From assembly GCA_902761365.1 (NCBI GenBank), contig CACWJZ010000012.1:2078-66077 (forward strand): a stretch of DNA of 64,000 nucleotides, given 5' to 3'. Positions 7,660 to 17,600 of this stretch are shown one piece after another. The DNA is from an uncultured Eubacteriales bacterium (lineage in GTDB: Bacteria > Bacillota > Clostridia > Christensenellales > CAG-138). The position numbers and the translations under genes were made by a program. The notes under the pieces are model-generated. The model worked only from the letters and a program-made list of their open reading frames with translations, made no database searches and had not been told where the DNA came from. The first letter of the stretch is position 1, and every line of letters starts with the position of its first letter.

Positions 7660-9123
7660 ATGCCCTGCACCACCATCCTGGTCGGCAAGAACGCCAGCAA
7701 CGATTGCTCCACCATGATCGCCCGGACCGACGACGGCCACTTCGACGTGAAGAAGCTCGTCGTCGTGGAGCCCAAGGACCAGCCCAAGACCTATAGGAGC
7801 GTCATCTCCCACGTGGAGGTCCCCCTGCCGGAAGCACCCCTCCGGTACACCGCCTGCCCCAGCGTCAATCGGACCCACGGCATCTGGGCCGCCACGGGCA
7901 TCAACGCCGCCAACGTGGGCATGACCGCCACCGAGACCATCTCCACCAACCCCCGCGTCCTGGCGGCAGACCCCCTGGTGGTCTATCAAAAAGCCAAGAA
8001 GCGGGGCGAGAAGGACGTTCCCGGCGGCATCGGCGAGGAGGACATCGTGGTGCTGGTGCTGCCCTATATCCGCACCGCCCGGGAGGGCGTGCTGCGCCTG
8101 GGGGCCCTGCTGGAGCAGTACGGCACCTATGAAAGCAACGGCATCGCCTTCAACGACGAGAACGAGGTCTGGTGGATGGAGACCGTGGGCGGCCACCACT
8201 GGCTGGCAAGGCGGGTGCCCGATGATCGGTGCGTCATCGCCCCCAACCAGTTCGCCATGGACGGCTTCGACCTGGCTGACGCCCTGGGCGAGGGGAAGGA
8301 TCACCTGTGCTCGGCGGACCTGAAGGAGTTTATCGACCGGAATCATCTGGATCGGAACCAGAACGGTGTCTTCGATCCTCGGGCCGTGTTCGGCTCCCGC
8401 CGGGACCTGGATCATATCTACAACACGCCCCGGGCCTGGTTCATGGGCCGGTATCTCTGTCCCCTGTCCCACCGCTGGGACGGCCCCGACGCCGAATTCG
8501 GGCCCGAGAGCGACAACATCCCCTGGTCGCTGGTGCCGGATCGGAAGGTGAGCGTGGAGGACGTGAAGTACCTGCTGTCCAGCCACTACCAGGGCACGGA
8601 CTACGACCCCTACATCCATCGGGACACGGGCAAGCGGGGCATGTACCGATCCATCGGCATCAACCGCACCGGCGTGGCCGCCCTGTGCCAGATCCGCAGC
8701 CATGTGCCCGATCCCATCAAGGGCCTCGAATGGGTTTGCTTCGGCCCCACCACCTTTGACGCGCTGCTGCCCGTCTACCCCAACGTCCCGAAGATGCCCG
8801 CCTATCTCTCCCGGGTCACCGAGGACGTGTCCACGGATAACTTCTATTGGGCCAGCCGGCTCCTGGGCGTCCTGGCCGACCCCCACTTCGCTGCCGCCGC
8901 CCAGCCCATGGAGCGGTATGAGGCCGCCATCATGGCCCGGGGAAGGCAGTTGGTCCTGGAATACGATCGGAAAATGGCTGAGACCGGTGATTTCTCCCTG
9001 ACCGCCGCCGCCAACGAGGCCCTTTGCAGCATGGCCCGGGAGGAGACGCAAAAGGTCCTCAACACCCTGGTCCAGATCGCCAGCGAAAAGATGAAGAACG
9101 GCTACGACCGGGCGGACAATTGA
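7660..9123 (+). CDS. C69 family dipeptidase (Ntn hydrolase, lactobacillal PepD-like)
   Basis: N-terminal MPCTTILVGKNAS with Cys nucleophile; GINAANVGMTATET, GGIGEED and GGHHW motifs. Confidence 0.92.
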   Translation: MPCTTILVGKNASNDCSTMIARTDDGHFDVKKLVVVEPKDQPKTYRSVISHVEVPLPEAPLRYTACPSVNRTHGIWAATGINAANVGMTATETISTNPRVLAADPLVVYQKAKKRGEKDVPGGIGEEDIVVLVLPYIRTAREGVLRLGALLEQYGTYESNGIAFNDENEVWWMETVGGHHWLARRVPDDRCVIAPNQFAMDGFDLADALGEGKDHLCSADLKEFIDRNHLDRNQNGVFDPRAVFGSRRDLDHIYNTPRAWFMGRYLCPLSHRWDGPDAEFGPESDNIPWSLVPDRKVSVEDVKYLLSSHYQGTDYDPYIHRDTGKRGMYRSIGINRTGVAALCQIRSHVPDPIKGLEWVCFGPTTFDALLPVYPNVPKMPAYLSRVTEDVSTDNFYWASRLLGVLADPHFAAAAQPMERYEAAIMARGRQLVLEYDRKMAETGDFSLTAAANEALCSMAREETQKVLNTLVQIASEKMKNGYDRADN

Positions 9124-9143
9124 GTGGAAGGAATGAAAGCATC

Positions 9144-9290
9144 TGTGCCTTTTCTTTGCAAAGAAAAGACACCCAAAAGAAACACAAATGGGAAGTACTG
9201 TTCACGTGGTACTTCCCATTTATTATTCTTGTGCTTTTCTTTTTGTGCGACTTTTTCTTTTCACCGAAAAGAAAAAGTCGCAAAAGAAAT
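9144..9290 (-). repeat. Dispersed three-hairpin intergenic repeat, copy A (full, minus orientation)
   Basis: Contains GCGACTTTTTCTTTTCACCGAAAAGAAAAAGTCGC, AATGGGAAGTAC...GTACTTCCCATT and CTTTTCTTTGCAAAGAAAAG; its reverse complement is colinear with the copy at 53528. Confidence 0.8.
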
Positions 9291-9294
9291 AGGT

Positions 9295-10740
9295 TTACAC
9301 ATCCGTCCCCGCCGTCAAAATGCGCACGTGCTTGCCCAGGTGGCGGACCAGGGCGGCGTAGTAGGCCTCCTCGTGGGCGGCCATGGTGGCGAAGAAGGCG
9401 TCGCGGAACCAGGGCTGATCGAGGAGCAGGCCGTAGGCGATGTGGACCGTCTGCCGGGCGGCGGGCAGGTTCATGTATTCGGGGAGATACGCGTCGTTCT
9501 CCAGGTCGATGTTGGGGATCGTGTTGGGGTCTGTGGACACGTGGTAGTACTTCTCTGCCTCGGGCCGATGCTCGATGGCGAATTTGTGGGCCTTGCGATA
9601 GAGGTCCGGGTCCGCTTCGGCGACGACCCGCATGGCCTCCAGCCAGCTGGTGCCGGCGGTCTTCACGTGTACGTGGCCCTTGGTGACCCGACCCACGGTG
9701 GAGAACACGGCAAACTTGTCGGAGCCGGAGTGCAGGGACAGCTTGTAGCCAAAGTGGTCCGCGATCTGTTGATGGACCACGAAATCCCGGGCGAAGGCGT
9801 TGAGGTCGCCTGCGTACTCGATGCCCTTCTCGAAGGCGCCGGAGAAGTGAGGGGCGCAACTGATGGGCGTGACGCCCGCGTCGTGGAGCTCGTTCCCCAC
9901 CACGAAGTGCTCCGCGGGGGTGGTGATGGTCAGGGTCTCGTCGATGGACAGCTCAAAGTCCACGGCCACGGTCTTGATCTCGTCGATGTACCGATAGCAC
10001 TCGATGGCGTGGCGGATGCCCTTCCAGAACACGATCACGATCCGGCGCAGCTCCGGGGCGGAAAGGCAGCCGATGATGGGCAGCTCTCTATCGAGGTACA
10101 CGCCCTCGTAGTGGGCGCGCACGTCCGCGGGAAGCTGGGCGTACAGGGCGTCGATTTGATCCTGAGGGTAGGTGACGGCCTGCTGGTCGATCTGCTCAGA
10201 GCAGTCCAACGTGACCATGGTGCAGCCGGATTCCAGGGCGTACTTGATCTCATCCTTGGTCTTCAAATGGTCCCCGTCGGCGCCGTAGCCCTTCCTGTAC
10301 CCCTCCTGGAACACGTTGAAGGCCGCGGCGGAAATTACGTCGGCGAAGGTCCGGTGGGTCAAATTCAGCTCCCGGATGGACTGCTGGGCCAGGACCGGGT
10401 AGATGTCGTGGTCCCCGATGGCCCGGATATGGCCGGGGCTCGCCAGGCCCAGCCGATCGCCGAAGCCCATGGTGAACCGGTGCCCCTTGTGGCTCCTGGG
10501 CTTCGTATAGGGGAAGAGCTGCATGAGCGCTCGGGCGTTCTCATTGGTCAGGGGGCAGAGCTTCAGGCCCTTTTCCTCGGTGCCGGCGAAGGTCTCCGCC
10601 TGCTTCCCCGCCACCGCCAGAAGCTTTTCAAGGTCCCGGCGGACCAGGGCGGCCACGGTGCCGTCGTTTTCGTCCACGGAACGCTCGTACACAAAGAGGT
10701 CGGTGTTGCTGAGCAGCGCACGGAATGCATCCACGGTCAT
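9295..10740 (-). CDS. uxaE: Tagaturonate/fructuronate epimerase (UxaE family)
   Basis: Motifs GFGDRLGLASPGH, AQQSIREL, GYGADGDHLKT, FELSIDET, YKLSLHSGSDKF and HVKTAGTSWLEA. Confidence 0.88.
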   Translation of the reverse strand: MTVDAFRALLSNTDLFVYERSVDENDGTVAALVRRDLEKLLAVAGKQAETFAGTEEKGLKLCPLTNENARALMQLFPYTKPRSHKGHRFTMGFGDRLGLASPGHIRAIGDHDIYPVLAQQSIRELNLTHRTFADVISAAAFNVFQEGYRKGYGADGDHLKTKDEIKYALESGCTMVTLDCSEQIDQQAVTYPQDQIDALYAQLPADVRAHYEGVYLDRELPIIGCLSAPELRRIVIVFWKGIRHAIECYRYIDEIKTVAVDFELSIDETLTITTPAEHFVVGNELHDAGVTPISCAPHFSGAFEKGIEYAGDLNAFARDFVVHQQIADHFGYKLSLHSGSDKFAVFSTVGRVTKGHVHVKTAGTSWLEAMRVVAEADPDLYRKAHKFAIEHRPEAEKYYHVSTDPNTIPNIDLENDAYLPEYMNLPAARQTVHIAYGLLLDQPWFRDAFFATMAAHEEAYYAALVRHLGKHVRILTAGTDV

Positions 10741-10775
10741 GGTATTTCTCCTTTATGGTTCGATATGTCATGCTC

Positions 10776-10840
10776 AGTATATGGATTTCGACGGGCAAAG
10801 TCAAGCCGTATTGACAGGGGCCCCGGTTCCTACGTATACT
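10776..10840. promoter_or_regulatory. Divergent sigma-A promoters for uxaE and the cupin gene
   Basis: Minus: TTGACT (10804-10799), 17 nt, TATACT (10781-10776). Plus: TTGACA (10811-16), 18 nt, TATACT (10835-40). Confidence 0.7.
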
Positions 10841-10871
10841 GTGCAAAAAGGGATAAAGGAGAGAGAAGCAC

Positions 10872-11222
10872 ATGATCCGCAGAAGCAGCGAACGCATCAT
10901 CGACCGGCCTCACCACAAGTTCGGCGCGCCGGGAGAGCTGACCGTCCGGAACCTGATCAACGCCCCCGAGGAGCTCCTGGGCAAGGGCCGCGCCTTTGCC
11001 CACACCACCGTGCATCCCGGCAGCGGCATCGGCTACCACGTCCACGCGGGCGACGGGGAGATCTACTTCGTCCTCAGCGGCAGGGGCGAATACAGCGACA
11101 ACGGCACCGTTACCACCGTCGAAGCCGGGGACGTGACCTTCTGCCCGCCCGGCCAGGGCCACAGCATCCTGTGCCTGGGGGACGAGCCGCTGGAGCTCAT
11201 CACGCTGATATTGTTTGAATAA
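10872..11222 (+). CDS. Cupin domain protein
   Basis: PGSGIGYHVHAGDGEIYFVLSG and GDVTFCPPGQGHS cupin motifs; 116 aa. Confidence 0.9.
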   Translation: MIRRSSERIIDRPHHKFGAPGELTVRNLINAPEELLGKGRAFAHTTVHPGSGIGYHVHAGDGEIYFVLSGRGEYSDNGTVTTVEAGDVTFCPPGQGHSILCLGDEPLELITLILFE

Positions 11223-11261
11223 TTTGGATGAATCGTCGAACCAAACGCAAGGCGTAGAGGC

Positions 11262-11295
11262 TTGGATTGCACCTTTCTTTGCAAGAGAGGTGCAA
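11262..11295 (+). repeat. Dispersed repeat, copy B (third hairpin only); likely acts as a terminator
   Basis: TTGGATTGCACCTTTCTTTGCAAGAGAGGTGCAA matches the GCACCCTTTCTTTCAAGAAAGGG hairpin of the other copies and is followed by a T tract. Confidence 0.6.
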
Positions 11296-11300
11296 TTTTT

Positions 11301-12545
11301 TTATGCATTACTGCTGCCCAGCCAATTTTTCAGATACGCTGCCTTTCGCGCCTCGAACCCCTCCCGGCCGGAGACGGGCCGCTCGAACAGGTCCAGGACC
11401 GTGCCCGCCAGCACCTTGGGCGGGCGGAGGCAGGCGTTGGCCTCGTCCACGATGGCGAAGTCGTCCCCGTGGAACCGGCCCGAGACGCCGGTGAACCCGA
11501 ACTGAATCGTGGGCAGCAGGGCGGAGAGGTCCCCCACGTCCCCGGACGCGCCGGAGAGGAGGTTTTCCCGGATGTCGCCCTCGTCGGCCAACAGCAACAT
11601 GTTCTCCTTCACCAGGGCGTTGATCTGTTGGTTCTGCACAAGGGGCAAAAACCCCGGGCGGCGGGTGACTTCGGTTTGGATGTCCATGGCCTCGCCGCAC
11701 CGTTGGAGGCAGGTCCCTACCAGGTCTGCCGCGGCGAACAGGGCTTCCTGGGTCCGGGCCCGAACGTAGGTCTCCACCACGGCGTGATCGGGCACGATGT
11801 TCACGGTCCCGGCGGCCTCGGAGAGCACGGGCTGCACGTTCACCCCGTCCTGGGGGTTGAACCGGTCCTTGAGGAACGCCACGCCCGTTTGGGCCAGCAG
11901 AGCCGCGTGCAGGGCGTTCTTCCCCGCATAGGGCGCCGCGCCCGCATGGGCGCCCACGCCCCGGTAAACGGTCTTGAAGATCACGAACCCCTTCAGGATG
12001 GAGCCCACGTCGAACCGGCAATGGGGCTCGCCGGAGGCGTGACAGGAGAGCACGCAGTCCACGCCGTCGAAGACGCCGCCCGCGATCATGTCCTGCTTGC
12101 CGGAGGGGTAGCGCACCAGGCCCCAGTCCATGAGGCCCTGGCGATAGTCCAGGTCGATCATCTCCTCCGCCGGGGTGAAGATCACCTTCACCGTGCCCTG
12201 CAGAGGCTCGTCCCGCAGCGCCTCGATGAGCGCCAGGGCCGCCGAGGTCTGGAGGCTGTGGCCGCAGGAGTGGATGCGCCCAGTCCCCGCCCGCCTGGGC
12301 AGGCCGTCCATGTCCGCCAGCACCGCCACCACGGGCGCGCCCTGGCCCAGGGTGACCAGAAGGCCCGTGTAGCTCACCGGCGCATAGGGCACGCCCCAGG
12401 CATCCAGCTGCTCTCGGATCAGCCGGTTGGTCTCGAACTCCCGATACCCCAGCTCTGGGGTCTCGAAGAGCCGCCGGCTCCGGGCGATGATTTGGTCCCC
12501 ATTGGCATCGATTTTGCGGAAGACCCGCTGCTTTTGCTCGTTCAT
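11301..12545 (-). CDS. M20 family amidohydrolase/peptidase
   Basis: PELGYRE, ADMDGL, HSCGH, PAEE, GAHAGAAP and GDVGD motifs; ATGA overlap with the upstream MBL gene (alternative start 12551). Confidence 0.88.
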   Translation of the reverse strand: MNEQKQRVFRKIDANGDQIIARSRRLFETPELGYREFETNRLIREQLDAWGVPYAPVSYTGLLVTLGQGAPVVAVLADMDGLPRRAGTGRIHSCGHSLQTSAALALIEALRDEPLQGTVKVIFTPAEEMIDLDYRQGLMDWGLVRYPSGKQDMIAGGVFDGVDCVLSCHASGEPHCRFDVGSILKGFVIFKTVYRGVGAHAGAAPYAGKNALHAALLAQTGVAFLKDRFNPQDGVNVQPVLSEAAGTVNIVPDHAVVETYVRARTQEALFAAADLVGTCLQRCGEAMDIQTEVTRRPGFLPLVQNQQINALVKENMLLLADEGDIRENLLSGASGDVGDLSALLPTIQFGFTGVSGRFHGDDFAIVDEANACLRPPKVLAGTVLDLFERPVSGREGFEARKAAYLKNWLGSSNA

Positions 12546-13333
12546 ACCCATTCCAGGCCGGTGCCTGTCCCCACTTCTTCGATGTGCATCCGATTCCCCA
12601 TGGCCACCTTCACGCTGAGCGCCGTGCAGTGGCAGGGGTACAGGTTCGGGATGTGCTCCCCTTCCAGATAGTCGATGATCCCCTGGGACCGCTCATCCAT
12701 CTGCCGCACGTGGAACCCGCCGATGACGCCCAGGACCCGGTCCATGCCCGTGACCTGCTTCGCCCGCTCGACGATGTTGCCGATGCCGCTGTGGGAGCAG
12801 CCGGTGATCACGTAGACCCCCTCCCGGCCCCGGTAGGCAAGGGCCGTGTCGTCCAACGTCAGATCCGGCCCGTCCTCCCCCTGCCGCTGGGCCTGGTCCG
12901 CCTGCTCCGGGAACACCCGGGGGATGGCGCCCAAATAGAACAGGTTTTCGGTCAGGGCCAGGGGCTCCGCCGTGAGGCAGAGGTCGAAGTATCGCGCCAG
13001 CTTCGCCCGGGTATAGGGGCAGCCGATGGACAGACCCCGGGACCAAAGCCGCCGGAACAGGGACGGATGGGCCACCAGCTGGGGCTTGGGGCCCTCGGTA
13101 AAGAAGGCGGACAGGCCGCGGGTGTGGTCGTCATGGCAGTGGGAGAGGATCACCCCGTCCACGTCCCGCCAGCGGAGGCCCAGGGCGTCCGCATTTTGGG
13201 CGAAGATGCCGAAGTAGCCCGTGTCCAGCAGGAAGCGTTTGCCCTCCGCCTCCACCAGGCAGGAGAAGCCGGGTTCGCCCAGCAGGTACTGGTCGATCAG
13301 CGTGTTGTTGTCGGATAAGATGGTCAGTTTCAT
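12542..13333 (-). CDS. Metallo-beta-lactamase fold hydrolase
   Basis: LLDTG, SHCHDDHTRG (HxHxDH), GCSHSG, GGFH and PCHCT motifs; start ATG 13333 (MKLTILSDN). Confidence 0.9.
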   Translation of the reverse strand: MKLTILSDNNTLIDQYLLGEPGFSCLVEAEGKRFLLDTGYFGIFAQNADALGLRWRDVDGVILSHCHDDHTRGLSAFFTEGPKPQLVAHPSLFRRLWSRGLSIGCPYTRAKLARYFDLCLTAEPLALTENLFYLGAIPRVFPEQADQAQRQGEDGPDLTLDDTALAYRGREGVYVITGCSHSGIGNIVERAKQVTGMDRVLGVIGGFHVRQMDERSQGIIDYLEGEHIPNLYPCHCTALSVKVAMGNRMHIEEVGTGTGLEWV

Positions 13334-13429
13334 ACAGGCAGTATACCATGCTTCGGCCCGCCGCGCCATAGGGTCGAGCGATTTTTGTGGGGGATGCGCC
13401 GGTTTTGCCGGCAGCCTCGGGGCGGCGGC

Positions 13430-13459
13430 TTGACAGAGGGCGGGTTTTGCGGGTATCAT
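13430..13459 (+). promoter_or_regulatory. Sigma-A promoter of galM
   Basis: TTGACA (13430-35), 18 nt, TATCAT (13454-59). Confidence 0.6.
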
Positions 13460-13488
13460 GGAAAAAAACAGGAAAGGGAAGCAAGACT

Positions 13489-14538
13489 ATGGCCGTGACT
13501 ACGGAAACCTTTGGCACCCTCCGGGACGGGCGGGAGGCCCGTCTCTTCACCATCTCCACCGCCGCGGGCAGCTCCGTGACGCTGACGGACTTCGGGGCCA
13601 CGCTGGTGAAGCTCCTCTTCCCCGACAGCCTGGGGCGGCTCGGGGACGTGGCGCTGGGCTTCGATCAGCTCAGCATGTACGAGCAGGATATAGGGAACTT
13701 CGGCGCGGTCTGCGGCCGGTTCGCGAACCGGCTCAGCCGGGCGTCCCTGCCCCTCGATCGGCGGGTGTACCCCCTGGTGCGCAACGACGGGCCCAACACC
13801 CTCCACGGTGGCGCCATAGGGTTCCACCACCGGCTGTGGGACGCGGAGGTCCTGGGCGAGGACGCCGTCCGGTTCAGCCGCTTCAGCCCCGACGGGGAGG
13901 AGGGGTTCCCGGGGGATCTGACCGTATCGGTCACCTACCGGCTCACGGACGAGGGCGTGCTGTCCCTGGACTACGAGGCCACGGCCGGGGCGAAGAACAC
14001 CGTGGCGAACCTGACGAACCACACCTATTGGAATCTGGACGGGGACACCTTCGGCAGCATCCTCGACCACAGCATCCGCGTCCACGCCTCCCGCTTCACG
14101 CCCACCAACGAGTACAACATCCCCGACGGCCGGCTCCTGCCCGTGAAGGGGGCCTTCGACCTTCGGGCGTACCGGCCCCTGCGCGAGGGGGTCCAGAGCC
14201 CGGACGAGCAGATCGTGAAGGTAAACGGGTACGACCACAACTTCGTCCTGGACGCCTACGACGGGAAGACCCTGGTGAAGGCCGTGGACCTGAAGGCGGC
14301 CGTGTCCGGGCGGCGGATGGAGGTCTGGACCACCATGCCCGGCGTGCAGCTCTACACCGGGAACCACTTTTCGGGCTTCGAGGGCAAGGGCGGCATGCGC
14401 TACAACCGCTATGGGGGCGTGGCCCTCGAGACCCAGTTCTTCCCCGACGCGCCCCGCCACCCCGCCTGGCCCCAGGCCACGGTGAAGGCGGGCGAAACCC
14501 AGAGATCGCGGACGGAGTATCGGTTTTTTGTGGAATAA
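13489..14538 (+). CDS. galM: Aldose 1-epimerase (galactose mutarotase)
   Basis: GRFANR, LHGG, GEEGFPG, NLTNHTYWNL, GYDHNF, PGVQLYTGN and LETQ motifs. Confidence 0.93.
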   Translation: MAVTTETFGTLRDGREARLFTISTAAGSSVTLTDFGATLVKLLFPDSLGRLGDVALGFDQLSMYEQDIGNFGAVCGRFANRLSRASLPLDRRVYPLVRNDGPNTLHGGAIGFHHRLWDAEVLGEDAVRFSRFSPDGEEGFPGDLTVSVTYRLTDEGVLSLDYEATAGAKNTVANLTNHTYWNLDGDTFGSILDHSIRVHASRFTPTNEYNIPDGRLLPVKGAFDLRAYRPLREGVQSPDEQIVKVNGYDHNFVLDAYDGKTLVKAVDLKAAVSGRRMEVWTTMPGVQLYTGNHFSGFEGKGGMRYNRYGGVALETQFFPDAPRHPAWPQATVKAGETQRSRTEYRFFVE

Positions 14539-14552
14539 TGTATGAATACCAC

Positions 14553-14650
14553 CGGGAAGTGCCGCTGAACCATACTTCCCGATACAAGATTTGAGAGCCG
14601 GATCTCCGTCAGGAAACCCGGCTCTCTTTCTTTCTTGCAAGGGCAGGGCA
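14553..14650 (+). repeat. Dispersed repeat, copy G (second and third hairpins plus an extra GCCGG...TCCGTCAGGAAA...CCGGC hairpin)
   Basis: CGGGAAGT...ACTTCCCG hairpin as in copy A, then GAGAGCCGGATCTCCGTCAGGAAACCCGGCTCTC (also seen near 63785), then TTTCTTGCAAG. Confidence 0.6.
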
Positions 14651-14658
14651 TGCTGCCT

Positions 14659-17600
14659 TTATGGATCCCCTGCATCTTTTCTGCTTGCTTCGCGCAGGAT
14701 CTCCTCCCACTGGACCTCGCTGAGATGGAACTGGGAGCGGATCTGCTTCTGGATCGCGGCGTGGCGCAGGGCGATCTCCGCCCGCATGGAAGCGATGTAC
14801 CCCTCCCATTCCTCCATGGACGCGGGCTTGCCATACAGGGCGATGTGCTGCGCCATCTCGGGCCGCAGGGTCGCCGCCATCTCGTCCAAGAGAGATTGCA
14901 GCCGTTCCACGGAAAACTCCGTGGTGAGGAGCTCTGCGTACCGGTGCACGAACCGGTCGCACCAGGCGGCGTTGTCCCGGAGATGAGCATAAAGGTCCAT
15001 ATTGGCCACTCGGCCCGCCGCCTGATCGTAAACCACGCCCTTTTTACTGAAATACCCATCAAACAGATTGCTCCGAGAGGAGTTGTCCGTGAAGCACCGG
15101 TCGATGTCATAGAACACGGGGCGCCAACGGATGGCATAGTCATCCGTGGCCCAGTAGCTCTGATTCTTGATGTCGTAGTTGCAGAACAGGGTCTGAGCGA
15201 TCAGATAATCGGTGATATAGTCCACATCCACCCACTGGCTGAAGGTCTCTAATACGGCATCATCGGAAAACCGGTTCTCCCGGGCGAACTTCCGCACCCG
15301 CAAAAAGTCGTCGTTTTTCCCATATCTCACGGTGGAGTTCGTGGAAATATGGCTGATTTTCACCGGAGCCACCTGAAAATGGGTCACCAGGTAATCCTGA
15401 TTCATGCCCTCGTTGAAGTCCATGATCCCGTAATAGGTGCCGTTCACATACACGATGACCGGCCTGGTCCGGGCGCTGTCCAGATTCAAGTTCTCCACGG
15501 CCCTGAGGGCGAAGGAATCCCGGAGCCGCGCCTTCATGTAGTCCTGGCTCCCGTTGCGCAGGATCAGCGTCCCATAGTCCGCGGCGGTCCCCAGGCCCCA
15601 GAAGGGGTAGTTCACCGATCCCTGGCCCAAACGGTTCCGAAGATGGATGGAGAAGGATTTCTGGGGGTACTTGATAGACTGGTTGCCCCGAGGGTTGATG
15701 TCCGCGGGAAAGGCGGTCCCCAGGGTCCCATCCGCCTCGTAGAAGGTGATTTGGGCGTCGGTGTGGGGATAGCGGCCGATGCTCTTGAGCTGGGTAAACA
15801 CCTTAAACTGGCTCGGGTCACAGGCGATGGTCACCACGGGCAGGGTGTGAGGCTCCCGAAGGAGGTAGGTGACCGTGAAGGTCCGGCTCATGAGATACCC
15901 CTCCGCCTGGGCCATGGCCCGGATGGTCACGTTCCCGGTCACGGGGATCGGCTCGGAATAGACGGTCGAAGCCGCGGTGGGCTCGCTGCCGTCCAGGGTA
16001 TACCGGATCACAGCGCCGGGATCGGCGCAGCGCAAAACAGCGGTGAAGGGCCCGGCATGATACAGGCTCAAGTCCGAGACGATAGGCATAGGGGTTCGGC
16101 CGATAGCATATTCAGTCCCGTTGGCCTCCTGTGGCGTGGGGGCCAGGAAGAACACTCGCTCTGCGGTCCCGTCCAACGAACGGCCGCTGGTGATCCCCTC
16201 GCTCAGATCCCCTGTTTCGAACACGTCCCTGAGATGCCCCTCGCCATCATACAAAAAAAGGGTCTCCCCTGTGGCGGCGATACCGAAGGCCCTGGGCGTA
16301 ACCAAAGCGTAGTCTCCCGCCGCCAGCGTCCCGAAAAGGGCTTCCCGCTTCTCCCCCATCTGGCTATCGGTGAGATACCAACTATCCAAAGAACAACCTT
16401 CCGCCGATCCGTTCCTCAACTCCACCCAGTCTTCACCGGAGGCGCAGACCTCGCTGATGTGCACGTCCGTCAGGGGGAAGGCCGCGAGGAGCGATACGTC
16501 GTCCACGGCGGCGGCGTTGGCGGTCCCGGGGGTGGGGTACTTGTAATAGAGGATCGTCCCGTCCGGCTTGAGACCCATGGCCGTGTTCTTGGGCACCTGG
16601 TCCGACCAGGGCAGCCGTTGAACGGTGCGATTGGACCGGTGGAAGAGCTGAAGCCCATCGTCCCCGTCGGACACGGAGAAGGGGGCGTGGACCTCAAAGG
16701 CCGTGGATTCCCGGCCCGTCAAAAAGATCAGATAATATTCCCCGGGCCGGATGACCGCGTCCGGGCAGCGCCATTTCATGGGCCGGTCAAAGTCGTCGCT
16801 GAGGTAGTATTCCCCCAGGGCCACGGGCTCGGTCCCGGCGTTAAAGAGCTCCACGAAGTCGGCGTGGTCGCCGTAGCTGTCGATGATGGACCAAGTGTTG
16901 CGGAAGAGGGCCTCGTTGAGCCGCAAAGGCTCGCTTTCATCCGCCGGGCGGAGGGGCTCGGCGCCGATGAACGAATCCTCGTTGGCTGCGCCGGGCGTGG
17001 GCGCTCCGCAATAGCCGAAGGCGCCGTCGCGGCTTCGGGCCCAGGATTGGCCGCTCAACAGGGCGGGCACCGTCAGCGTGTCCACCAGGACCTTCTCGCC
17101 GTCGAAGAGGTACAGGGTCTCCCCGTCCGAAGAGATGCCCAGGTTCACCCGTCCCTCCCCCTGGCCCAGGGGCACCGCCGCATATCCCCCTGCCGGGACC
17201 GTCAGAGCGGGCAAGGCCGCCTTGTCCGCTTTATCCGCCCGATCAGACAGGAAGAATCCATGCAAGGAAACGTCCGCCGCCCCGTCGTTATAGAGCTCGA
17301 TCCAGTCATCGCCCCCGAAGGCCCCGTCCTTCAGATCGTTGGACGCGACCTCGCTGAACCGCAGCGAAACGCCGGAAGCCTTGGGCCGGTCTTCCTCCGG
17401 GCGGGCCGCTGACCTTTCGCCGCTCTCCGGACAGACATCCGTAATCTCCCCGTCGTTCTCCGCTCCGGGGGTGGGCGCCTGGCAGTAGCCGAAGGTGCCG
17501 TCCGCCCGCCGGGCGTAGGACACATCCTGGGGCAGGGCGGGGATCGTTACCAGATCCAAAATGTTGCCGGTGGGATCCAGCAACAGCAGGGTCTCGCCCT

